Origin: an uncultured Tissierella sp.
GTDB taxonomy: Bacteria > Bacillota > Clostridia > Tissierellales > Tissierellaceae
Direction of reading: 5' to 3'
Assembly: GCA_964489715.1 (NCBI GenBank)
Contig: CAZBAK010000002.1
Coordinates: 10,266-74,265 of the forward strand
DNA: 64,000 nt
The translations under genes were made by a program, and so were the position numbers. The notes beneath the pieces were generated by a model. It was not told the DNA's origin and did no database searches. It saw nothing but the letters and a program-made list of their open reading frames with translations. Shown one piece after another: positions 9,993 to 19,301 of the stretch. The stretch's first letter is position 1; every line of letters starts with the position of its first letter.

Positions 9993-12665
9993 CTACACCT
10001 CCTCTTCAAGCCCTACAATATTATCAGTCTTACATATATTTTTGTACTCACAGTATTTACAGCTAAGATCATCTTTTTCATCATATATAATAGTCTTGTC
10101 CTCTTCCAATATATCTATTTCTAAAAGATCCTTTATCCTAGCTTCTATAAGCTCTAAAAAATCTTTTTCAAATTCTAAATCTATGCTATCATCCTTAAAT
10201 TCATAGGAAAAAGATTCTACCCTAAAGTCTTTATATTCTTCCTGGGTCTTTATTATATTTTCCAAGGCCTTCTTATAGATGAAAAACTGAAATTTTTGTC
10301 CTTCACTATAGTCTATTACTTTATTTTTTCCCCGACCTTGGGTCTTTCTAAGCCTCTTATCGAAATTCCTCAAGCTTCCTGTCTTATAATCTATTATCTT
10401 GAATTTTTTCTCTTCTCTGTCTATATCTACCCTATCTATGGCACCAGAAATTCTTAAGCTCAAGTCTCCTATATCTATAATTTGAGGATCTAAGTTTCCA
10501 AATATTTGATTCTCCTTGCCCCTGCCAAAGGACAACTCATTTATAAATACCTGTAGGGAGGATCTTTTCTCTCTTTCTATTATCTTTAGGCAGTAGTCTC
10601 TTACTTCTTCCTTTTCCCGCCTGTAAACTTCCTCCAGAACATAGGGGATCTCCCTCTCTATTTCTTTTGCCAATCTATCTATTATAGACAAAAGCTCTCC
10701 CTCTCTCTGCTGGCTTCTAGGCAGATCAAAATACTGATTTAATACATTGTGAACCAGATTGCCCCTTGTTAAGGGATCCAGCCATCTGTCAATGTCCATA
10801 ACTATATCTTCTTTTTCCTTTAAAACTAAACTGTTTTTTAAATATAATTTTCTAGAACATTGTCCAAGTACTTCTAGATCTGTTCCTGAAAAAACCAAGT
10901 CTTTTGCCATTAATCTTCTAGACCTGCTTTCTAAGGGCTCTAAATCTTCATGCTCACTATGGCCGTACTCCTCCTTTAATTCTGTATATATCTTAGAGGG
11001 AGTTTTAGCCTTTACTTCTACCATATCAAAGTTAGAATATCCAACACTTATCCTTTCAAAGGAAGCTGATAGGGCTTCTTTTATCTTGTAATTCTTATAC
11101 CTATAACTTTCCTTAGAAAAAGATAGGCTTAAGGATATATCTCGCCTGGTATTATCAAGTAATATGGGAGATTCTACTATCTTGCTAGCTAGGCTATGGC
11201 TGTCTAAGCCTATTAGGTAGAGATGTCTCCTAGCTGTGTAACCAGCATTGCTATACTTACAGGCAAATACCTCAGAAGGCCTGGCTCCACTTCTTTTTAT
11301 ATTGACCTCTTCTATATAGGCTAGGACCATATCAAAATACTCTTCCTTGCTTACTCTAAGAGGGATTTTTCCTATCTTAGACAGCCTATCTAAGATAGCT
11401 TCTTTTGATTTTTCATGATAAGGGTTGGGAGTCTTTACATACTTCTCCAACAAGCTTGATAATCGCTTGCTATAGAGCTTAAAATTAACTTCTCCTTGAG
11501 GAAGACTGGATAAAAGATCTTGAAAAAATTCTTTCAACCATTCCCTCCTGAAGTTCTCCTCTTCTTTTAAATCTTCTGGTATTGTATTTAATTTTTCGTA
11601 ACTTTCCCTTCCGTAGAAGACCTTGGCTCTCAATAGTTCTTCATACATAATAGAACTAGATATTGGATCTTCTTTATCCTTATCTCTAGCTTCTAAGCTT
11701 TCTACATTTAAACTGCCATTAAAAAAGAGAGGACCTATCTCTTGAACACTATAGTAGTTTTTAGAGAATTCAAAGAGGGTCTTTATAAATCTGTAACTAG
11801 TACTGCTAGTAATCTCTAGACCTTCTCCAAAACTTACAGCTAGATCTTCCTTCTTAAACTCCAAGTCTATAGCCTCAACATATTTACTGTCTGTATAGGC
11901 TATTACAACTTGATCTAGAGGGATCTTTTTTTCTAATATATCATCTATAATATACTTTATTTCATTTCTCATTCCATAGCTAGTAAAAAAAGAGATCTCT
12001 CTCTTCTGATCTTTTAGCTCTTTGACTTCTTTAAAAAAGTAGTCTTTAGGAGAATCAGCAAGATTTTCCACTGGCATCTTTATCTTTATAATCTCCTGGC
12101 CCAGGGCTGAAAATAGATCTCTTTCTAAATTATGAAATTCTATATTTCCAGCCAGGCCTATCTTCTTATCTTGAAATATTTTCAATTCCTCCAGCTCTAA
12201 GGCCTTTACTAAAATATCACAGTAGTCCATGGCATTTAAGTCTCTTAACTTTTTCCTATACAAGCTATAGATCTTGTCTATATCTTTTTCTTCTGGAAAT
12301 TCTTCTATCTTTTTAGACTTAAGTTCCATTAAGACCCTATAGACCTCTTCTGCTGTTTTTTCATCTATTAAATTTGACTTGAAGAAAAAATCTTCATCTT
12401 CAAGTTCCAAGCTCTTTAAGCAATCCAACACAATACTTTTTCCCAATATATCATCTATAAAGAGAATATTATTTGTCTCTATGTATCTTTGGCAAATCTC
12501 TTGGCTCAGTCGTCTCAAAGTTATGGGATTTAAGTTTAAGGCGGCTTTAGCATCCCTAGCCATACTATTGATCATTAAAAGACCTATGCTTCTAGTGGGA
12601 ACAATAAACAACTTCTCATCTAACAAAAACTCATCACAAAACTCCCCAAGTTCCATTTCTCGCAT
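9993..12665 (-). CDS. AddB-like PD-(D/E)XK nuclease with Fe-S staple cysteines
   Basis: QCSRKLY, RGNLVH, GAIDRVD, IIDYKTG and C-terminal CKYCEYKNIC (four Cys in total); directly upstream of the AddA-like gene. Confidence 0.82.
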   Translation of the reverse strand: MREMELGEFCDEFLLDEKLFIVPTRSIGLLMINSMARDAKAALNLNPITLRRLSQEICQRYIETNNILFIDDILGKSIVLDCLKSLELEDEDFFFKSNLIDEKTAEEVYRVLMELKSKKIEEFPEEKDIDKIYSLYRKKLRDLNAMDYCDILVKALELEELKIFQDKKIGLAGNIEFHNLERDLFSALGQEIIKIKMPVENLADSPKDYFFKEVKELKDQKREISFFTSYGMRNEIKYIIDDILEKKIPLDQVVIAYTDSKYVEAIDLEFKKEDLAVSFGEGLEITSSTSYRFIKTLFEFSKNYYSVQEIGPLFFNGSLNVESLEARDKDKEDPISSSIMYEELLRAKVFYGRESYEKLNTIPEDLKEEENFRREWLKEFFQDLLSSLPQGEVNFKLYSKRLSSLLEKYVKTPNPYHEKSKEAILDRLSKIGKIPLRVSKEEYFDMVLAYIEEVNIKRSGARPSEVFACKYSNAGYTARRHLYLIGLDSHSLASKIVESPILLDNTRRDISLSLSFSKESYRYKNYKIKEALSASFERISVGYSNFDMVEVKAKTPSKIYTELKEEYGHSEHEDLEPLESRSRRLMAKDLVFSGTDLEVLGQCSRKLYLKNSLVLKEKEDIVMDIDRWLDPLTRGNLVHNVLNQYFDLPRSQQREGELLSIIDRLAKEIEREIPYVLEEVYRREKEEVRDYCLKIIEREKRSSLQVFINELSFGRGKENQIFGNLDPQIIDIGDLSLRISGAIDRVDIDREEKKFKIIDYKTGSLRNFDKRLRKTQGRGKNKVIDYSEGQKFQFFIYKKALENIIKTQEEYKDFRVESFSYEFKDDSIDLEFEKDFLELIEARIKDLLEIDILEEDKTIIYDEKDDLSCKYCEYKNICKTDNIVGLEEEV

Positions 12666-12767
12666 TCTTATCACCTCTGATTTATTTTCTATCTCTTGTA
12701 TTTATCTTTATATGATCTTTATCTATCTCCTTCTTTAACTTTATCATTTAAGGATATTTTTTTCCAT

Positions 12768-12799
12768 AAAAAAACCTAAGTCATCTGACCTAGGTTTTT
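12768..12799 (-). terminator. Intrinsic terminator after pyrG
   Basis: AAAAACCTAAGTC/GACCTAGGTTTTT imperfect inverted repeat with a U-tract on the minus strand. Confidence 0.65.
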
Positions 12800-12801
12800 A
12801 T

Positions 12802-14406
12802 CTACTTTCTATTCTCTATGGTAGCCTTTATAAAGTCCACAAATAGTGGATGTGCATTTGTTGGTCTTGATATAAATTCTGGATGATAGTTTACACCTAT
12901 AAACCAAGGGTGATCCTTTAATTCTACTATTTCAACTAGTCTTTCATCAGGTGATACTCCTGAAACTATAAGTCCGCTTTCAACTAGCCTTTCTTTATAT
13001 TCATTGTTTACTTCATATCTATTTATATGTCTTTCATATATGAGTTTTTCATCATATATCTTTTGGGCTAGGGTCCCTTCCTTTAGCTTGCAAGGAAATA
13101 GTCCTAGGCGTAACTCTCCATTTCTAAGATCTAAGTCTGGCTGTTCTGGCCTTAGATCTATAACTGGATAGTCAGTTTCCTCATTCCATTCAGTACTATC
13201 TGCTCCCTTGAAATTTAAAACATTTCTAGCATAGTCTATAACGGCCAGTTGCATTCCAAGTGATATCCCAAAATAAGGAACTTTCTCTTCTCTGGCATAC
13301 TTTATAGCTGCAAGTTTACCATCTATTCCCCTGTCATCAAATCCTCCTGGAATAAGTATACCATCTACATCTTCTAATATTTTATTACAATTATCACAAT
13401 CTATATCCCTAGCCTGTATCCACTTGATATTTATATTTACTCCATTTTCTATACCACCATGGTTCAATGACTCTACTACGGAAATATAAGCATCTCTAAG
13501 TTCTACATACTTACCTATAAGGGCTATGGTAACTTCACCTTTTAGATTCTTAACCTTTTCTATCAGCTCATGCCAGTGGCTTAAATCCAATTCTTCTGTT
13601 TTAAGATTTAGATGCTCTATTACAAGTTTAGAAAGTCCCTGCTCTTCAAGCATCAAGGGAATTTCATAAAGTGAATCTGCGTCCATATTTTCTATAACTG
13701 CAGAAGGATCCAGGTCTGTAAAAAGAGCTAGTTTTTCTTTTATATGATTTTCCAAGGGCATTTCCGTTCTACATATAAGCACATCAGGTTGAATTCCAAT
13801 ACCCCTTAGCTCCTTAACACTATGTTGAGTTGGCTTGGTCTTTAGTTCTCCCGCCATCTTTAAATAGGGTATAAGTGTTACATGTACATACATTACATTT
13901 TCTTTTCCCACAAGATATTTAATCTGTCTTATAGCTTCCATAAAGGGTAGGGATTCAATATCTCCTACAGTTCCACCTAATTCAGTTATGACTACATCTA
14001 TTTCTCCTTCTTTAGATGCCCTTATCATTCTCTCAGCTATTTCATTGGTAATATGAGGTATTACTTGAACTGTCTTTCCATCATATTCTCCATTTCTTTC
14101 CTTGTTTAAAACTGACCAATATACTTTTCCTGCTGTTACATTGCTATTTTTGTTTAGATTTACATCTGTAAATCTTTCATAGTGACCAAGATCTAAATCT
14201 GTCTCTGCCCCATCATCTGTAATAAATACTTCTCCATGTTGGTATGGACTCATATTTCTAGGGTCCACATTTATATATGGATCAAATTTTTGTATAGTTA
14301 CCTTTAAACCTCTACTTTTAAGTAGTTGACCAAGACTTGCTGCTGTTATCCCCTTACCTAGAGATGATACAACTCCCCCGGTTACAAATATATACTTAGT
14401 TGCCAT
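12802..14406 (-). CDS. pyrG: CTP synthase with a degenerate glutaminase active site
   Basis: [40 protein letters not shown]; the GATase domain reads GISLGMQ rather than GICLGMQ. Confidence 0.96.
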   Translation of the reverse strand: MATKYIFVTGGVVSSLGKGITAASLGQLLKSRGLKVTIQKFDPYINVDPRNMSPYQHGEVFITDDGAETDLDLGHYERFTDVNLNKNSNVTAGKVYWSVLNKERNGEYDGKTVQVIPHITNEIAERMIRASKEGEIDVVITELGGTVGDIESLPFMEAIRQIKYLVGKENVMYVHVTLIPYLKMAGELKTKPTQHSVKELRGIGIQPDVLICRTEMPLENHIKEKLALFTDLDPSAVIENMDADSLYEIPLMLEEQGLSKLVIEHLNLKTEELDLSHWHELIEKVKNLKGEVTIALIGKYVELRDAYISVVESLNHGGIENGVNINIKWIQARDIDCDNCNKILEDVDGILIPGGFDDRGIDGKLAAIKYAREEKVPYFGISLGMQLAVIDYARNVLNFKGADSTEWNEETDYPVIDLRPEQPDLDLRNGELRLGLFPCKLKEGTLAQKIYDEKLIYERHINRYEVNNEYKERLVESGLIVSGVSPDERLVEIVELKDHPWFIGVNYHPEFISRPTNAHPLFVDFIKATIENRK

Positions 14407-14441
14407 CTATTCCTCTCTCCTTCTCTTAAATTAACTATATA

Positions 14442-14470
14442 ATCTTATATTAATAAGTTTATATAGTCAA
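14442..14470 (-). promoter_or_regulatory. Putative sigma-A promoter of pyrG
   Basis: TTGACT-N17-TAAGAT on the minus strand. Confidence 0.5.
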
Positions 14471-14625
14471 ATATTTATAACAATCATACTTATAGATCAT
14501 GCTTGTATTATATTATATTTATATTATAATTATAATATGTAGAAAATTTGTACGAGACTCTTTCTCTTTACAAATCCTTAGCTATCCAGATAAACTGGAA
14601 GAAATTAAAATGAGGTGTTACTTAT

Positions 14626-14715
14626 ATGAAACGTAAAATGGCTCTGATATTAGCAGCAGTATTTATCCTATCAGCTTTAGTTCCAGTTGTACTTGGGATA
14701 ATGTCGCTTATATAA
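14626..14715 (+). CDS. Small 29-aa single-pass membrane peptide MKRKMALILAAVFILSALVPVVLGIMSLI
   Basis: GAGGTG RBS, ATG at 14626, TAA at 14713-14715; basic N-terminus plus hydrophobic helix; followed by a terminator hairpin. Confidence 0.7.
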   Translation: MKRKMALILAAVFILSALVPVVLGIMSLI

Positions 14716-14735
14716 AGCACAAAATAGTTTTAGGC

Positions 14736-14767
14736 AAAAACCCTTAAGTTTTCTTAAGGGTTTTTTT
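14736..14767. terminator. Bidirectional intrinsic terminator
   Basis: AAAAACCCTTAAG-TTTT-CTTAAGGGTTTTTTT between convergent genes. Confidence 0.8.
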
Positions 14768-14769
14768 CT

Positions 14770-16656
14770 TTAATTATTTTTTCTCTTTTCCTCTATTTCC
14801 TTATTTACCTCTCTATTGTCCTTGTAAGAGGGAACTATTCTCTTTACCTGAGAGATAAAGTTTTCTATATTATCATCTTTCATTAGATCCTTAAGCTCCT
14901 CTAAGGATTTTAAAAGCAGCTTATAGTCAGTAAAGGTAGGTAGTCCTACAAATATCTTATTGTGAGAAGTATTTGTCAGTCCTTCTTCCTCTAATAACAA
15001 TTCTTCATATAGCTTTTCCCCTGGTCTCAGTCCAGTTATCTTAATTGGCATATCAACATCAGGTTCAAAGCCTGAAAGCCTTATAACATCTCTGGCAAGA
15101 TCCATAATTTTCACCGGCTCTCCCATATCAAGAATAAATATCTCTCCACCTTGAGCCATAGACCCTGCCTGAATAACTAATTGAACAGCTTCAGGTATTG
15201 TCATAAAATATCTTATAATGTCTGGATGAGTAACTGTAACTGGTCCTCCCTCTTCTATCTGCTTTTGAAATAGAGGTATTACACTTCCATTACTTCCCAG
15301 TACATTTCCAAATCTTACAGCTACAAATTCAGTTTCGGAATGGACATTTATAGATTGAATTATCATCTCACAAAGTCTTTTACTGGCACCCATTATATTG
15401 GTTGGATTTACTGCCTTGTCAGTTGAAATCATTACAAATCTTTCAAGTTCGTATTCATCTGATAACTGAGCTAGATTTAAGGTTCCAAAGACATTGTTTT
15501 TTATAGCTTCCTTTGGACTATCTTCCATAAGCGGGACATGTTTATGGGCTGCAGCATGAAAGATTACCTGTGGTTTTTCCATTTCAAATATTTCCTTTAA
15601 TCTTTCCCTGTCTCTTATAGATCCTATATAGACCTGTAGGTTTAAATCAGGATGGATTCTATTTAGCTCCATTTGAAGATCATAAACACTATTTTCATAT
15701 ATATCTAAAAGTATAAGTCTCTTAGGCTTAAATCCAACAATTTGCCTGCTTAGCTCTGAACCTATAGAACCTCCAGCACCAGTTACCATAACTGTCTTAT
15801 CTGTTATATAAGAGCAAATTTTTTCTAAATCTACCCTTATCTCTTCTCTTCCCAAAACGTCTGAGATCTCTACATCTCTAATTTCTTTTATACTTACCTT
15901 TCCATCTATTAATTCATAGATTCCTGGTAGCATCTTTAGCTTACATCTAGTTTCTTTACAATTATCCAGTATTTCCTTGATCTCTTCTTTTGAAGCTGAA
16001 GGCATGGCAATTATTATTTCATCTATAAAATACTCTTCAGTAACACGTAGGATATCCTTTCTTCCACCTACTACCTTTACTCCATTTATAGTACTACCCT
16101 TTTTAGTCTTATCGTCATCGATAATGGCAATAGGTTCAGAATTTAATTTTTCATGATTTCTAAACTCACGAATCACCATGGCTCCAGCATCTCCTGCACC
16201 TACTATAAGAACTCTTTTTTTGCTCTTTTTCATCTCTCTTTTTCTGAGTCTGGAAATTATATTCTCCTTACTCAAGACTCTGCAACTAAATCTCATACCA
16301 CCTATTAAAAACATTTCTAAAAGTGTAACTATGGCATAAACTCCCCTAGGAAGATTGCTCTGGGTTATAAACAAGAAGCTTATAGTAATAGAATTTGATA
16401 TAATTATAGCCAGGACTATATTTCTAAGCTCCTTTACACTGGCATATTTCCATAGAGTATTGTACATGTTGAAAAAGTTAAATACAGCAAGTTTGATTAC
16501 AGTTATAAAAAGAGCCATTTTTATATATACATCAAAGTAGACCATAAACTTAGGTGTAATACTATCAAATCTTAGATATAGAGCTAGTATATAGGCTATA
16601 TTTATAAGTAATATATCTCCTAGTATAAATTTTATTTTACTTCTTTTATTTTCCAT
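14770..16656 (-). CDS. CapD/PglF-type nucleoside-diphosphate sugar 4,6-dehydratase (polysaccharide biosynthesis protein)
   Basis: N-terminal TM segments, VGAGDAG, TGAGGSIGSE, HAAAHKHVP, STDKAVNPTNIMGASK, RFGNVLGSNGSV, RPGEKLYEEL. Confidence 0.92.
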   Translation of the reverse strand: MENKRSKIKFILGDILLINIAYILALYLRFDSITPKFMVYFDVYIKMALFITVIKLAVFNFFNMYNTLWKYASVKELRNIVLAIIISNSITISFLFITQSNLPRGVYAIVTLLEMFLIGGMRFSCRVLSKENIISRLRKREMKKSKKRVLIVGAGDAGAMVIREFRNHEKLNSEPIAIIDDDKTKKGSTINGVKVVGGRKDILRVTEEYFIDEIIIAMPSASKEEIKEILDNCKETRCKLKMLPGIYELIDGKVSIKEIRDVEISDVLGREEIRVDLEKICSYITDKTVMVTGAGGSIGSELSRQIVGFKPKRLILLDIYENSVYDLQMELNRIHPDLNLQVYIGSIRDRERLKEIFEMEKPQVIFHAAAHKHVPLMEDSPKEAIKNNVFGTLNLAQLSDEYELERFVMISTDKAVNPTNIMGASKRLCEMIIQSINVHSETEFVAVRFGNVLGSNGSVIPLFQKQIEEGGPVTVTHPDIIRYFMTIPEAVQLVIQAGSMAQGGEIFILDMGEPVKIMDLARDVIRLSGFEPDVDMPIKITGLRPGEKLYEELLLEEEGLTNTSHNKIFVGLPTFTDYKLLLKSLEELKDLMKDDNIENFISQVKRIVPSYKDNREVNKEIEEKRKNN

Positions 16657-16854
16657 TATTTTGATCCTTCTTTCCTTTATGTATTACTACTGATTCATTA
16701 TATCATAAATTATTTACTTTTTCCCACTTAGTCTCTATTAATATTTATAAGAAAGACAAATTTTAGCTATTTCAAGAAGAATGTAACTATTAAAAATAGT
16801 GCAAATAATCTCTTATTATGATACAATTATTCAATATATAAAGGAGGAGAAAAT

Positions 16855-17970
16855 ATGATAATAGGAATTCCAAAGGAAATAAAGTCGCAGGAAAATAGAG
16901 TTTCCCTAACTCCTGCTGGAGTAGATGCATTTAAAAGAGCAGGTCATAGTGTATTGGTGGAAAAAGGAGCCGGAATTGGAGCTGGTTTTCTAGACCTTGA
17001 ATACAAAGAATTCGGTGCAGAGATTATAGATAGTAGGGATGAGGTTTGGGAAAAGGCAGATATGATTTTAAAGGTTAAGGAACCCTTAAAGGAAGAATTC
17101 AAGTTCTTTAGAGATGATCTTATAATCTTTACCTATTTACATCTTGCAAATGAATTAGATCTGACAAAATCTCTTGTAGATTCTAAAACCACAGCTATAG
17201 CCTATGAAACTGTTCAATTAGAAAATAGGACTCTTCCTCTATTGACACCTATGAGTGAAATTGCTGGAAGAATGGCAGTTCAACACGGGGCAATATATTT
17301 AGAAAAAATTTACGGTGGTAAAGGTAAACTTATAGACGGTGTTCCAGGAGTGCCTCCTGCTCACGTGGTTGTAGTAGGTGCAGGTATAGTGGGTACTGGA
17401 GCTATAAGGCGAGCAATAGGCCTAGGAGCTAGGGTTACAGTTCTAGATATAGATATAAACCGCCTTACTTATCTTGGAGAAGTATTTATGGGTAGAATCG
17501 AAACACTTTATTCAAATAATTACAATATGACCAAGGCCATAGAGTCAGCAGATTTAGTAGTAGGAGCTGTACTTATACCTGGTTCAAGAGCACCTAAGCT
17601 CATAACTGAAGATATGGTAAAAAACATGGAAGCTGGAAGCGTTATTGTTGACGTTGCCATAGACCAGGGTGGATGTGTGGAAACCATTGAAAGTGCTACA
17701 TCCCATGATAATCCTATATTTGTAATTCACGATATAATTCACTATGCAGTTGCAAACATACCAGGAGCAGTGGCGCAGACTTCAACTCTTGCCCTTACCA
17801 ATGTTACCCTTCCCTATGCCCTTAGAATTGCAAATATGGGTTGGAAAGAAGCTGCTAAGGCTGATAAGGCTCTAGCTAAGGGTGTAAACATAGCCCAGGG
17901 ACAGGTAGTTTACCAGGCTGTTGCTGAAACATTTAATATGGAATATAAATCTCTAGAAGATATAATTTAA
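16855..17970 (+). CDS. ald: Alanine dehydrogenase
   Basis: GIPKEIK, ENRV, KVKEP, FTYLHLA, PMSEIAGR, DVAIDQGG, YAVANIPG. Confidence 0.95.
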   Translation: MIIGIPKEIKSQENRVSLTPAGVDAFKRAGHSVLVEKGAGIGAGFLDLEYKEFGAEIIDSRDEVWEKADMILKVKEPLKEEFKFFRDDLIIFTYLHLANELDLTKSLVDSKTTAIAYETVQLENRTLPLLTPMSEIAGRMAVQHGAIYLEKIYGGKGKLIDGVPGVPPAHVVVVGAGIVGTGAIRRAIGLGARVTVLDIDINRLTYLGEVFMGRIETLYSNNYNMTKAIESADLVVGAVLIPGSRAPKLITEDMVKNMEAGSVIVDVAIDQGGCVETIESATSHDNPIFVIHDIIHYAVANIPGAVAQTSTLALTNVTLPYALRIANMGWKEAAKADKALAKGVNIAQGQVVYQAVAETFNMEYKSLEDII

Positions 17971-18011
17971 AAGTTAAGATCAATATATTTTTTATATTGA
18001 TCTTAACTTTT
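17969..18011 (+). terminator. Hairpin/terminator after ald
   Basis: AAAAGTTAAGATCAATATA / TATATTGATCTTAACTTTT inverted repeat. Confidence 0.7.
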
Positions 18012-18046
18012 ATTTAAATAGAAGAAATATTTGAAAGGAGGATTTT

Positions 18047-18433
18047 TTGAATACAACACTATTGGCAGTTAATGGAACACTAATGAGGGACCTAGAGTTA
18101 AATAAAAATCTTATCAATATAGGAGCAAGCTATGTCAGAGAAGACCGGACTGATAAGTGTTATAGACTATGGAGTATAGACGATATACACCCTGCCATGA
18201 TAAGAGTAGAAGATGCTGGCAATAATATTGACCTAGAAATATGGAAAGTTCCCAACGAAAGCTTGGCAAGCTTGCTTTTAAATGAGCCTCCAGGATTGGC
18301 TATTGGCAAAGTTATACTAGAAGATAAAAGTATGGTATTAGGAGTAATTGGAGAGTCTATTCTATGCCAGGGAAAATTAGAAATAACTGAACATGGGGGA
18401 TGGCGTTCCTATATGGAAAAGAAGGCTAAATAG
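18047..18433 (+). CDS. Stand-alone allophanate-hydrolase C-terminal-like / gamma-glutamylcyclotransferase-fold protein
   Basis: LAVNGTLM..LELN, YRLWSI, EPPGLAIGKVIL, EITEHGGWRSY resemble the AtzF C-terminal domain; AAGGAGG RBS and TTG start. Confidence 0.75.
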   Translation: MNTTLLAVNGTLMRDLELNKNLINIGASYVREDRTDKCYRLWSIDDIHPAMIRVEDAGNNIDLEIWKVPNESLASLLLNEPPGLAIGKVILEDKSMVLGVIGESILCQGKLEITEHGGWRSYMEKKAK

Positions 18434-18447
18434 CCTTATAAAACTAG

Positions 18448-18501
18448 AAAAGCTTTAAGAATTTAAATCTATTTTTATAGATTTAAATTCCTAAAGCTTT
18501 T
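18448..18501. terminator. Bidirectional terminator hairpin
   Basis: AAAAGCTTTAAGAATTTAAATCTAT / ATAGATTTAAATTCCTAAAGCTTTT between convergent genes. Confidence 0.7.
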
Positions 18502-18516
18502 TAACTCTAGTAGAGC

Positions 18517-19299
18517 TTATATTTGCTTTAATATATTATATACTCCTTCTTCATTGTTTGTAAAGTCTGATACATTATGGAAATTTTCCAAGAGAAGGGG
18601 GTCGCTATTTTTCATAGCTATACCCTTTCCAGCAAATTCTAACATGCTTAAATCATTATAACTATTGCCTATGGCCAGTATATTTTCACTCTTTATATTT
18701 AAATGCTTTTTCAAGATCTTAAGACCTTCAGCCTTTGATATTCCCTTTGGTATAAATTCAACTGCTCCAGGAATAGCTGTTGTTGTTTCCACATCTAAAT
18801 AACTAAATTTATTTAATTCTTTTTCTGTTATCTCTTTTTTAAAGTAAATAAGCAGTAGATTTATATCTTCTTTTATATCCTTTTCTAGATTCTCTACAAT
18901 CTTATACTTAACTCCTATCTTATGGGCTATCTTATCATTTATTTTGCTTTCAACATTTGTATAAAATATATCATCTATAAAGGCTAGAGTATATAGGTTA
19001 TTCAATTCCCCATAGTCTAGAACTTCTTTTACATACTCAATTGGAAACTTACAATTCTTTATTTCCCTACCATCTCCTAGGACCACCTTACATCCATTAT
19101 GAGAAATTATAGGAAGATCTAGGCCTATTTGTTTCATTATCTTCTTAGCTCCAGCGTGAGCCCTGCCAGTTACTAGGGATATTTCTATATCCCTCTTTTT
19201 AAGATCCTTTATTATATCAATGGTCTTTTGGGAAACTTTTAATTTATCATCTATAAGTGTACCATCTATATCTATGGCAATTAACTTTATATCTTTCAT
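18517..19299 (-). CDS. Cof-type HAD-IIB hydrolase
   Basis: DIDGTL, VTGR, SKAEG, AIGNSYNDLSML. Confidence 0.9.
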   Translation of the reverse strand: MKDIKLIAIDIDGTLIDDKLKVSQKTIDIIKDLKKRDIEISLVTGRAHAGAKKIMKQIGLDLPIISHNGCKVVLGDGREIKNCKFPIEYVKEVLDYGELNNLYTLAFIDDIFYTNVESKINDKIAHKIGVKYKIVENLEKDIKEDINLLLIYFKKEITEKELNKFSYLDVETTTAIPGAVEFIPKGISKAEGLKILKKHLNIKSENILAIGNSYNDLSMLEFAGKGIAMKNSDPLLLENFHNVSDFTNNEEGVYNILKQI

Positions 19300-19301
19300 A
19301 T

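Noticed and set aside
17969-18501. Long AT-rich palindromes flanking the GGCT-like gene as MITE or transposon ends
   Set aside because: The two hairpins are unrelated in sequence and sit where terminators are expected; no target-site duplication is visible.
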